Shown here one piece after another: positions 1 through 7,077 of a stretch of DNA of 31,751 nucleotides. Origin of the DNA: a virus (taxonomy: Duplodnaviria; Caudoviricetes); the IMG/VR virus record IMGVR_UViG_3300026258_000262, positions 1 to 31,751 of that record; one strand, written 5' to 3'. Position numbers and translations under genes: made by a program. How positions within the stretch are numbered: the stretch's first letter is position 1; every line of letters starts with the position of its first letter. The notes under the pieces are model-generated. The model saw only the letters and a list, made by a program, of their open reading frames with translations, was not told the origin of the DNA and ran no database searches.

Positions 1-663
1 ACCATGATGTAAAATGTTAAACCCTTCGGCATACGCTTGCATGATTCCATATTCTACACCATTATGGACCATTTTGACAAAGTGTCCTGCACCAGGTCCA
101 CCACAGTGTAACCAACCATACTCAGCACTGGTTGCCCTAGTGTGTGGGTCTGTGCGGGCTGCAGCGGTAATACCAGGTGCAAGTGCCCTGAAAATGGGGG
201 CACAGACAGATACTGCTCCAGTTGTACCACCAACCATAAGACAGTATCCACGCTCCAGACCGTAAACACCACCGCTAGTACCACAGTCAATAAATTGGAT
301 ACCCAACTTAGAAAGCCTTTCTGCTCTCCGTCTAGAATCCTTAAAGTTGCTATTGCCATGATCAATAATAATATCCCCGTCGCCAAGTAATGGTAGTAAC
401 TCATTGAGTGTGTCCTCTACTAATTCTGCAGGAATAACAAGTTGAAAGATACCCGGTGCTTTACCAATCTGACCATCTTGATGATGAACTTGTTTGACAA
501 GGTTTTCAATATCGGTGGTAACTCCACTAACATAACCTTTTTCAAATGCCTCTTCTGCTTTTTGGTAATTACGTCTGTAACCCCAGACTTCAATTCCTTC
601 TTTCATCATACGACGAGCCATACCCTCGCCCATACGACCTAATCCAATCAATCCTACTTTCAT
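1..663 (-). CDS. gnd: 6-phosphogluconate dehydrogenase (decarboxylating), 3' end outside window
   Basis: Not in ORF track (no stop in window). Manual translation from ATG at 663: MKVGLIGLGRMGEGMARRMMKEG...IIDHGNSNFKDS...DCGTSGGVYG...GAGHFVKMVHNGVEYGIMQAYAEG, the 6PGDH signatures. Confidence 0.96.
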   Translation of the reverse strand, partial: MKVGLIGLGRMGEGMARRMMKEGIEVWGYRRNYQKAEEAFEKGYVSGVTTDIENLVKQVHHQDGQIGKAPGIFQLVIPAELVEDTLNELLPLLGDGDIIIDHGNSNFKDSRRRAERLSKLGIQFIDCGTSGGVYGLERGYCLMVGGTTGAVSVCAPIFRALAPGITAAARTDPHTRATSAEYGWLHCGGPGAGHFVKMVHNGVEYGIMQAYAEGFNILHHG

Positions 664-749
664 CAGTTACCCCTATATCTTACTGGCCATGTTAGTTCCA
701 TTACAGAAACTAGCAACGTTATAAAAGCAAATACAAACAAAGCACTCAT
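663..749 (-). CDS. 28-aa hydrophobic microprotein
   Basis: MSALFVFAFITLLVSVMELTWPVRYRGN*; ATGA overlap with the PTOX stop and TGATG overlap with the gnd start; fills the gap exactly. Confidence 0.7.
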   Translation of the reverse strand: MSALFVFAFITLLVSVMELTWPVRYRGN

Positions 750-1249
750 TTAATTAACTCCATTGCATTTGACAATTCACTAGCATGTTCTAATTCGTCA
801 TTCATAATTTCTACAATACGCTCATCATCTTTATTTGTTTCTAAGAACTTTTCATATGTATGCGCTGCGTGAATCTCTACTTCGTAGGAGAGATGGTAAG
901 CAGACCTAGGAGCCAACCAGTAATAAACCACGTTGATCCAATAGTAGATAAGTACAAGGTGTCTGGCGAAAGCGCGATCCACCCAATAAGCAGAACCGCC
1001 CCTGCTTTCCATGTACTCCAGATGTTCTGTTTCGTTAAGAGTTTGAGCAAAATGTTCCTCCATTAGATAGAGATGTTCTGGACCTCGTAGCCCCATAGAT
1101 TCTCTTAAATGCAACACACTGAGAAAAGCAAAGTAAGGTGCTCTTGCAATTTCTTCAAGAACCCAAAACCTCTGGTAGTCTCTACCCTTGTATAAAAAAT
1201 CTATTATTGAAACTGTAATATCTAAAACAAAAGTATTGAAAAATTTCAT
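746..1249 (-). CDS. ptoX: Plastoquinol terminal oxidase (alternative oxidase family)
   Basis: RFWVLEEIARAPYFAF, NETEHL, EVEIHA and DELEH di-iron carboxylate motifs. Confidence 0.95.
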   Translation of the reverse strand: MKFFNTFVLDITVSIIDFLYKGRDYQRFWVLEEIARAPYFAFLSVLHLRESMGLRGPEHLYLMEEHFAQTLNETEHLEYMESRGGSAYWVDRAFARHLVLIYYWINVVYYWLAPRSAYHLSYEVEIHAAHTYEKFLETNKDDERIVEIMNDELEHASELSNAMELIK

Positions 1250-1261
1250 ACATTTGATGAC

Positions 1262-1552
1262 TCAATAAAGTTCTTCTTCAGCCTCCCCTTGAACTACACA
1301 ATCAGATTCAGGATATGAAACGCAAAGAAGTGCAAAACCTGCTTCAATCTGATCATCATCAAGGAAAGATTGATCTTCCTGATTTACTGTTCCACTTAAA
1401 ATTTTACCGGCACATGAAGAACAAGCGCCTGCGCGACAAGAATATGGTAAATCGACTTCTGCCTCATCAGCAGCATCAAGAATATATTGATCTGCTTCGC
1501 AATCAAAAGTGGTTTCTGTTTCTGGAAGTTTTAGTGTAATTGAATATGCCAT
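1262..1552 (-). CDS. petF: Plant-type [2Fe-2S] ferredoxin
   Basis: [15 protein letters not shown]...QSFLDDDQI...LLCV. Confidence 0.97.
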   Translation of the reverse strand: MAYSITLKLPETETTFDCEADQYILDAADEAEVDLPYSCRAGACSSCAGKILSGTVNQEDQSFLDDDQIEAGFALLCVSYPESDCVVQGEAEEELY

Positions 1553-1555
1553 TAG

Positions 1556-1897
1556 TTATTTTACGTGAATAGTGCCTGTCATTCCTGCTCCCTGATGAGG
1601 ACCACAGAAGAAGTCATAGTCTCCAGCATCCGCAAATAAAATATCTTGCGATTCACCAGGACTAAACATCAGTGATTCTCTTGAGAGATCAGCACGACCC
1701 TCAACAATAATATTGTGAGGAGGTAACATACCATTTACAAAATGTATAGTTTCACCCGCATCAATTGTAACATCAGATGGATCAAAAATCAAATTTCCAT
1801 TTGATCCCATTGTGATGTCAACAGCATATGCCATCTTCGGTAACAAAAATATCATAGCTGCTACAACAGCAATAATTATGCCGCTAATAAACTTCAT
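1556..1897 (-). CDS. petE: Plastocyanin
   Basis: Signal peptide (AYA); copper ligands in PHN and CGPHQGAGM. Confidence 0.95.
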   Translation of the reverse strand: MKFISGIIIAVVAAMIFLLPKMAYAVDITMGSNGNLIFDPSDVTIDAGETIHFVNGMLPPHNIIVEGRADLSRESLMFSPGESQDILFADAGDYDFFCGPHQGAGMTGTIHVK

Positions 1898-1923
1898 GTG
1901 AGTATTTGCAACTACACTATCTA

Positions 1924-2121
1924 TTACATTCGTATACCGTGATACCTACTATTTGTTCGCACTTCCTGACTTAACATTTCACTAAATTCATCACAACATT
2001 TACTCCATTTTTCTCTTACTTCTATATGTTTAGGATCATTATTTTTCCATAAGCAATGCCATTCCCTCCAAATGATAGCACATTCGTCGGATTTTTTCTG
2101 TAGATGGGGTTCCCTATACAT
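1924..2121 (-). CDS. Hypothetical phage protein
   Basis: 65-aa ORF co-oriented with neighbours and preceded by TAAATA. Confidence 0.7.
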   Translation of the reverse strand: MYREPHLQKKSDECAIIWREWHCLWKNNDPKHIEVREKWSKCCDEFSEMLSQEVRTNSRYHGIRM

Positions 2122-2148
2122 CGGAAACCTATCCAGTTTTGACGTAAC

Positions 2149-2154
2149 TATTTA
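2149..2154 (-). promoter_or_regulatory. Putative T4-type late promoter (TAAATA)
   Basis: gTAAATAg immediately after a terminator, about 28 nt upstream of the ATG at 2121. Confidence 0.5.
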
Positions 2155-2156
2155 CA

Positions 2157-2180
2157 CAAAAAAAGGGGTGTTACCCCCTC
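2157..2180 (-). terminator. Rho-independent terminator
   Basis: Minus strand GAGGGGGTAACACCCCTTTTTTT: GC stem plus U-tract after the stop at 2185. Confidence 0.75.
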
Positions 2181-2184
2181 TGTG

Positions 2185-2760
2185 TTAGCAATCACTAATC
2201 AATGAATTTACCTGTGATCCTGCTTCAGATCCAATTTTTTGTCCTAGTAATAGTGCCCAACCACCAGCTAACCATCCAACATAAGGAATACTAGAAACAG
2301 CAGGAACAGCAAGACCAGCAGCAACACTAGTTCCTGCCATTGCACCTTGTGACCGTGCTCCAGCGTCCGCCGCTATACACTCTGCGCTTACACCTCCGGT
2401 CTTTCCCAGTTCACCTATTTCACCTCCCATATTTCTAGTGCCCTCTCTGGTGTACTGATCACGACGATATTCTGTTCTTTGCTCTCTTCCACCGCCAAAG
2501 AATCCACGTCGTTCTTTATCTAGATTTAGACTCCTTTCTGACTCTAGAATCTTAGGATCATCTGCATGATACTCAATACGGTAACCATTCTTCCCTGCCT
2601 CTATTTTATAAGAAGAATATGGGCCATTAGGAATATTGATTGTGGGAACTTCAACAACCCTTTCAGGTTGTTGTCTAATAACATACCCTAACAACCCAAC
2701 GTGAGCAATTGCTACAATACTACCAACACTAATTGCGGCCCATTTAAGAGAAGGTTTCAT
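2185..2760 (-). CDS. Hypothetical membrane protein
   Basis: 191-aa ORF; N-terminal TM segment and C-terminal Gly/Ala-rich hydrophobic segment. Confidence 0.8.
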   Translation of the reverse strand: MKPSLKWAAISVGSIVAIAHVGLLGYVIRQQPERVVEVPTINIPNGPYSSYKIEAGKNGYRIEYHADDPKILESERSLNLDKERRGFFGGGREQRTEYRRDQYTREGTRNMGGEIGELGKTGGVSAECIAADAGARSQGAMAGTSVAAGLAVPAVSSIPYVGWLAGGWALLLGQKIGSEAGSQVNSLISDC

Positions 2761-2762
2761 GG

Positions 2763-3212
2763 TTACATCTTGTACGTGTCTTTAGGATCTGGTGTATCAA
2801 CCTTTAAGGTAACTGGTGCTTGCTCAATACGAAGAGTTTGATGTGGTGCAGTTTGTGCTGCCTTTTCAATTAGTTTCTCCATCTGTTCTTTGGTGATACT
2901 AGCACCACCGCCACCACCATTAGCACCATTCTTTTTAGCGGTCTGGACGCCGAAGCTAGCTAAAACTCCGGTGAAGACGCTGGCGATGAATGTCGGATCC
3001 AGTTTTTGCTCCGGGATTCCAAGAGCAGGGGGGAGTTTGATATATGCCAACGTGAGTATTCCACCACTCCATACAAGAATACCAAGGCGGACAAAGGTAG
3101 AAAGAATAGCAAGTTGTTCTTCCTTGTCATCTGTCGCCTCCTTGATCTTACCGAGAATACCTTTTTTCTTTGGTTTCTTTTCTTCTTCGGTAGGTTTTAC
3201 TTCTTCAGGCAT
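2763..3212 (-). CDS. Hypothetical membrane protein (2 TM)
   Basis: 149-aa ORF with two hydrophobic helices; cTAAATA at 3235-3240 upstream. Confidence 0.8.
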   Translation of the reverse strand: MPEEVKPTEEEKKPKKKGILGKIKEATDDKEEQLAILSTFVRLGILVWSGGILTLAYIKLPPALGIPEQKLDPTFIASVFTGVLASFGVQTAKKNGANGGGGGASITKEQMEKLIEKAAQTAPHQTLRIEQAPVTLKVDTPDPKDTYKM

Positions 3213-3233
3213 AAGTTACCAGGAAAGGCAACT

Positions 3234-3908
3234 TTATTTAGTGAGATAACCGTTTTTGACCAACCATTCGCGAGTCATAGGCGTGGGTTCATAATCAGTC
3301 CACATCGTACCACGAGCACAGGATTGTAGTGCTTCCATGGTCATTTTCTCAGTACGGCCTGCCCATCCTGCCTCTGCTTCCCAAGGAACGGCACTCTCAG
3401 GATATGTACGTTCTGCCATCACACGCCAGATCATTGGCACTTCATCTTCAGGTTTAATGATAGCAATCATACTATTTTTGATGGTTCCTGCCATGCAATC
3501 TTGTGCTGCATGCCATCCTTCATGACGCATAACCATCATCAGTGTGGCAGGACTATCCATAAACTTTTTATTAAGAAAGAAATTATTACCCACAGTATGA
3601 TAAACACCACGATGCATAGCAGGGAAATATTTTGAATCTGCTAAAAACACCTTAACTCCGACCTGATTAAGGGCGACGAGCATTCTGTTGAACTCGTCAG
3701 CAACAGGATAAAAATCATCAGTATTAGGATACTGAGAAGATACATCAAGTAGACTGAATACTTCCTCGATTCCATCAGTGCATTCGCGTAGTAGCATACA
3801 CCCCATAGAATCCATAGTGTTATAACCCTTGGTGATCTTAGAGTCATCAGCAAGTGCTGGAGCAGACATACTAGCTGCTACCAGCAAACTCATAATAATT
3901 TTTTTCAT
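3234..3908 (-). CDS. Secreted protein with HExxH zinc-metallopeptidase-like motif
   Basis: Likely start MKKIIMSLLVAASMSAPALA (signal peptide) at 3908; MRHEGWHAAQ motif and downstream WEAEA. Confidence 0.7.
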   Translation of the reverse strand: MKKIIMSLLVAASMSAPALADDSKITKGYNTMDSMGCMLLRECTDGIEEVFSLLDVSSQYPNTDDFYPVADEFNRMLVALNQVGVKVFLADSKYFPAMHRGVYHTVGNNFFLNKKFMDSPATLMMVMRHEGWHAAQDCMAGTIKNSMIAIIKPEDEVPMIWRVMAERTYPESAVPWEAEAGWAGRTEKMTMEALQSCARGTMWTDYEPTPMTREWLVKNGYLTK

Positions 3909-3909
3909 A

Positions 3910-4158
3910 TCAGAAAGGGAGAGAAACGCCAGGTGTAGAAGGAATGACACCACCAGTGGCACCAGGAAGTTCAGGCAATGCTGAGTCCATCATCCCCGGA
4001 AGTGCGCCTGTAATCGCCTCTGTTGCTGCTTTAGCAACGTTTTCTTTGACTTGCTCGATGATAGCATCTCGCCTTACATAGACGACACCAGCAGTGCCGA
4101 CAATACCTGCAGTTCCTACAAATGATAGAACTGCTAAAACGTTAATTACTTTTTGCAT
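3910..4158 (-). CDS. Hypothetical membrane-anchored protein
   Basis: 82 aa; N-terminal TM and Pro/Gly-rich tail. Confidence 0.75.
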   Translation of the reverse strand: MQKVINVLAVLSFVGTAGIVGTAGVVYVRRDAIIEQVKENVAKAATEAITGALPGMMDSALPELPGATGGVIPSTPGVSLPF

Positions 4159-4363
4159 AATAAGCCTCGTAATATTTTACAATCCCTGAAGTGTGCATGT
4201 TACCTTGTGAGACCCAATCTTGGGCACACTCATAGATTGATTGACTGCTGTATTTAGGACAGGGACCATCCATTTGCCCTCCAAATTTTGTAAGAAGGAT
4301 TTTGATAACTTGTTCACGAATTTTCATTTTTTGTTCATCATAGCGCCAATCACTTGTGGACAT
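4142..4363 (-). CDS. Hypothetical protein
   Basis: ORF track 4142..4399; the ATG at 4363 (MSTSDW) minimises overlap with the upstream gene. Confidence 0.7.
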   Translation of the reverse strand: MSTSDWRYDEQKMKIREQVIKILLTKFGGQMDGPCPKYSSQSIYECAQDWVSQGNMHTSGIVKYYEAYYAKSN

Positions 4364-4751
4364 TTTCGGAACCGCCTTGAAAGTTTTCAGAACCACCAAT
4401 GGGATCTAGGTGGAGTGTAGTTGTTTGTGCTTTAGTTGCAATTTCATACATTCTTTGGTGAATGTCATTAGGTTCAACGAAAAAAGTTTTCTCTCGTTCT
4501 TGTCGTTTGATTTCAATTTCTTGTTCCATGTAATCAATTTGCTTTTGAGATCTAACAGGTAATCCAAACCAATCATCTTCAGGAAGATATGTAGGAGCAG
4601 GGACACCTACATATGACTCCTCATCAATCTCTTTACAATCAACTACTTCTTCATCAATTACACACTCAATATCTTCTTCCTTAAATACACCTGCTTTTTT
4701 TCTAAGAAGGGAAGTTTGTGTCTCAAAAAATTGTTTGAGTTTCTTGATCAT
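4350..4751 (-). CDS. Hypothetical acidic protein
   Basis: ORF track 4350..4760; the ATG at 4751 forms an ATGA overlap with the upstream stop. Confidence 0.7.
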   Translation of the reverse strand: MIKKLKQFFETQTSLLRKKAGVFKEEDIECVIDEEVVDCKEIDEESYVGVPAPTYLPEDDWFGLPVRSQKQIDYMEQEIEIKRQEREKTFFVEPNDIHQRMYEIATKAQTTTLHLDPIGGSENFQGGSENVHK

Positions 4752-5143
4752 GATTGCCAATGATAGTGGTAGAAGTTTCCTCTAGTATCGCACATTGGAT
4801 CATGAGATGCAACTCGATATCTGAGCATACTCTGACCTTTAAAGTCAGTCCTGTCACCAATAATACTATATGCCTTTAGAAGGTTTTCCTTGCCTTCCTC
4901 TGACATAAGTGTATTTACTAGATTAGGATCTGCTACTGGACGCCATTTAGTGAAGCCCTCATATTGTCCAGGAGCATATACAACACTAGCAACCGTGTTG
5001 GGATAGAGTGGTGATCTCACGCGGTTAAGAACAGATACCGCTACACAATACTGATCAAAACTTCCACGGTAGGTTTCGACTTGAATCGTCCTTGCGAGAT
5101 GATCATAATCGATTGCCGATAAAGCAAGAATAGTCGCGAGCAT
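4748..5143 (-). CDS. SleB/CwlJ-like cell wall hydrolase (Hydrolase_2-like)
   Basis: LARTIQVE...VAVSVLNRVRSPLYPNTVASVVYAPGQYEG pattern. Confidence 0.8.
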   Translation of the reverse strand: MLATILALSAIDYDHLARTIQVETYRGSFDQYCVAVSVLNRVRSPLYPNTVASVVYAPGQYEGFTKWRPVADPNLVNTLMSEEGKENLLKAYSIIGDRTDFKGQSMLRYRVASHDPMCDTRGNFYHYHWQS

Positions 5144-5175
5144 AAAAATAGGGGACCATATAACTGTCCCCTATT
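5144..5175 (-). terminator. Rho-independent terminator overlapping the next promoter
   Basis: AATAGGGGAC-agttatatg-GTCCCCTATT-TTT. Confidence 0.7.
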
Positions 5176-5201
5176 ATAGAATATTTAATTGTCTATGTCA
5201 A
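5173..5201 (-). promoter_or_regulatory. Sigma70-type (early) promoter
   Basis: TTGACA-N17-TATAAT, perfect consensus. Confidence 0.85.
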
Positions 5202-5344
5202 GAAGGTGATGGTGCATAAAGTGGTTGCATCATACCACCATCGGAACCATCATCATCTTCATCTTTACTTGCCAACGCAAGCATCAGGAAGTAAGGAGTG
5301 ATGATGAAGACCAACGTCTGTAGTAGTGTCCAATCATACGTCAT
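5198..5344 (-). CDS. Small membrane protein (48 aa)
   Basis: MTYDWTLLQTLVFIITPYFLMLALASKDEDDDGSDGGMMQP...; true start probably 5344 (ATGA overlap) rather than 5467. Confidence 0.7.
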   Translation of the reverse strand: MTYDWTLLQTLVFIITPYFLMLALASKDEDDDGSDGGMMQPLYAPSPS

Positions 5345-5406
5345 GAGTTTTTCACTACTGCAGCAATTGGAATCAGCATGATTATAGCTGCTACTACAAA
5401 TGCCAT
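5341..5406 (-). CDS. 21-aa hydrophobic microprotein
   Basis: MAFVVAAIIMLIPIAAVVKNS*; TGATG overlap with hli and ATGA overlap with the next gene. Confidence 0.6.
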   Translation of the reverse strand: MAFVVAAIIMLIPIAAVVKNS

Positions 5407-5513
5407 CACCAGATACCAGGAATGATTTGTCCTGAAACTGCATAAGATCCCATTGCTGCAACAACACCGATCATTGCTGCCCAACCATTAATGCGTTCTG
5501 CCTTTTCGTTCAT
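5406..5513 (-). CDS. hli: High-light inducible protein (35 aa)
   Basis: Below ORF-track cutoff: MNEKAERINGWAAMIGVVAAMGSYAVSGQIIPGIW*, with AExxNGxxAMIG and GQIIPG motifs. Confidence 0.93.
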   Translation of the reverse strand: MNEKAERINGWAAMIGVVAAMGSYAVSGQIIPGIW

Positions 5514-5658
5514 TTTTTTGCTCCAGTGTTTTGTTTGTGATTATAATTTTTGTCCCATCATGAGTGAATTGTAACTCATCGTCTGGGTGCCACAGAAGTT
5601 CTTCGTACATATCGTCTAACTTCTGCATGTCCTCGTAGAGTTGATCAGGATTTGGCAT
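5488..5658 (-). CDS. Hypothetical protein (56 aa)
   Basis: MPNPDQLYEDMQKLDDMYEELLWHPDDELQFTHDGTKIIITNKTLEQKNERKGRTH*; AAGG RBS-like site upstream. Confidence 0.65.
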   Translation of the reverse strand: MPNPDQLYEDMQKLDDMYEELLWHPDDELQFTHDGTKIIITNKTLEQKNERKGRTH

Positions 5659-5693
5659 ATAAGAACCTTACATTATTTCGTATATATCAACTG

Positions 5694-5966
5694 TCACTGG
5701 ACAGCTGCACGGACATAATGCGTATAAGGTTTTTGATCGCTCATCTTTCCATTTTCATAGGTAGATGAATAACCATAATCCTTATGGTCCTTGTATCCAA
5801 TCTGTGCTCCCTTGGTCCTTTGCAGTGCTGGCATAAAAGCAATGAAGAAGAATACTCCAGGTGCTCCTACAATCAGTGCTGCTCCAAATACATATCCTGC
5901 AAGGAATTCTGCGATGGTGTGGTTAGCAGCCCAAGAGAATTCGGTCTGCGTCAAAAGTTCAATCAT
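5694..5966 (-). CDS. Hypothetical membrane protein
   Basis: 90-aa ORF with a central TM helix. Confidence 0.7.
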   Translation of the reverse strand: MIELLTQTEFSWAANHTIAEFLAGYVFGAALIVGAPGVFFFIAFMPALQRTKGAQIGYKDHKDYGYSSTYENGKMSDQKPYTHYVRAAVQ

Positions 5967-6019
5967 GAAAGTTTAGAAGTTGTTCTAAGGATAGGACAAG
6001 AGGACGAGAAATGCAACTG

Positions 6020-6247
6020 TCAGACGAGACCAAAGAAGAAGTTGCCTGTGAATGCATAAGAGAACACTCCAAAGACAAATCCAATCATCGCAGTGCGACC
6101 GTTCAGTTTTTCTGCACGTTCTGCGTAGGTCTCATAACCGTAACGCTCTGCTGCGGTTTGATCAATGTACATACGGGGTTCGGTAGCCCACATATTTGTG
6201 CGGCCGCCTTCTTCAATTGTTACAGTGTTTGAGCGTGTTACAGTCAT
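6020..6247 (-). CDS. hli: High-light inducible protein (long form)
   Basis: AERAEKLNGRTAMIGF motif with N-terminal EEGGRTNMWATEP extension. Confidence 0.92.
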   Translation of the reverse strand: MTVTRSNTVTIEEGGRTNMWATEPRMYIDQTAAERYGYETYAERAEKLNGRTAMIGFVFGVFSYAFTGNFFFGLV

Positions 6248-6256
6248 TTACTTAGT

Positions 6257-6274
6257 GTTGCATAACTTTACATA
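6257..6274 (+). promoter_or_regulatory. Putative HLR1 (RpaB-binding) direct repeat
   Basis: GTTGCATA-AC-TTTACATA, one mismatch to (G/T)TTACA(T/A)(T/A)-N2-(G/T)TTACA(T/A)(T/A); overlaps the predicted hli transcription start. Confidence 0.65.
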
Positions 6275-6302
6275 TTATATAGTATTTCTAAAGTTTTGTC
6301 AA
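6274..6302 (-). promoter_or_regulatory. Sigma70-type promoter of the hli cluster
   Basis: TTGACA-N17-TATAAT, perfect consensus. Confidence 0.85.
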
Positions 6303-6321
6303 CACATATTTTCTTAAGATT

Positions 6322-6501
6322 TCAATCTGAGGCCATGGACTTACAAGTATCGGGGTTTGCTCTACAGTATTGTCTGACATACCCATGCACATCTACCTCC
6401 ATAGCACGGTGAGTATGTTCGTGCAGCACTCCAATAAAAACTAAAATACCCACTAACATTAAATTGATGTGGGTAACCGGCGAAAGAAGAATTTTTTTCA
6501 T
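6322..6501 (-). CDS. Small hypothetical membrane protein
   Basis: Likely start MKKILLSP at 6501, because the ORF-track extension lies within a terminator hairpin. Confidence 0.65.
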   Translation of the reverse strand: MKKILLSPVTHINLMLVGILVFIGVLHEHTHRAMEVDVHGYVRQYCRANPDTCKSMASD

Positions 6502-6526
6502 AAAAAAGGGGTGCCGTCGCACCCCC
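6502..6526 (-). terminator. Rho-independent terminator
   Basis: GGGGTGC-GACG-GCACCCC-TTTTTT. Confidence 0.85.
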
Positions 6527-6554
6527 AGTATAGCATCTAGATATTGATTGTCTA
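6527..6554 (-). promoter_or_regulatory. Putative sigma70 extended -10 promoter
   Basis: TAGACA-N16-TATACT with TG at the extended -10 position. Confidence 0.5.
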
Positions 6555-6560
6555 CTTAGA

Positions 6561-6932
6561 TCAGAAGTTGTACTTCAGACCCAGCTTAGCGCCGTATCCA
6601 CGGTCGATATCGTCATCACCGGAACCGATGAAGGAGACTTCACCATATGCACCCAGGTTTTCGGTGACACCGAAACCAAGACCTGCCTTACCAGAAGGAA
6701 CGGTGTCGCTTTCGCCACCATCAGGACTTACCAGACTAGCACCACCTTGGACGTAGTAAGAAGCAGAATCGCCAATAGCACCTTCATAGCCTACGTGAAG
6801 GTCCGTGGTAGCTCCATTATACTCGCTACCAGTCCATCCAGCATTGGTTTCTACGTTTACGTAGGGACCTGCAAGGGCAGCGCCTGCGGAAAGAGCGGTT
6901 GCAGACAGTGCTGCGAATACAGATTTGATCAT
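6561..6932 (-). CDS. Small outer-membrane beta-barrel-like protein
   Basis: Signal peptide (ALA), alternating Gly/aromatic strands, C-terminal LGLKYNF (terminal Phe BAM-type signal). Confidence 0.75.
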   Translation of the reverse strand: MIKSVFAALSATALSAGAALAGPYVNVETNAGWTGSEYNGATTDLHVGYEGAIGDSASYYVQGGASLVSPDGGESDTVPSGKAGLGFGVTENLGAYGEVSFIGSGDDDIDRGYGAKLGLKYNF

Positions 6933-6949
6933 TTGAATTACCTTTAGTT

Positions 6950-7038
6950 ACTTGCGGAGTGATTACCCGCAGATGAATAGGGACTCGACTTGTCCCGTTT
7001 GTTTCCTTTTGTTACTGAAATTACTGTCAGACAAAAGG
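6950..7038 (-). ncRNA. Structured 5' leader (three hairpins), family not identified
   Basis: Hairpins CCTTTTGT..ACAAAAGG (7005-7038), GGGAC-aagtcga-GTCCC (6980-6996) and TGCGG..CCGCA (6953-6971) between the promoter and the ATG. Confidence 0.55.
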
Positions 7039-7043
7039 TTAAG

Positions 7044-7077
7044 TATTTATACTACCTGACTTTTATGATTCTGTCAA
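7044..7077 (-). promoter_or_regulatory. Overlapping sigma70 and T4 late promoters
   Basis: TTGACA-N17-TAGTAT overlapping TATAAATA (7044-7051). Confidence 0.7.

Noticed and set aside
14-642. ORF-track calls 14..265, 54..404, 142..390 and 442..642
   Set aside because: Shadow or alternate frames of gnd (1..663, minus strand), which has clear family motifs
5345-5467. N-terminal extension of ORF 5198..5467
   Set aside because: Overlaps hli and the 21-aa peptide in other frames; the coupled start at 5344 is more plausible
7008-7030. TTACTG repeat as an HLR1 site
   Set aside because: 9-bp period and several mismatches; better explained as part of the leader hairpin
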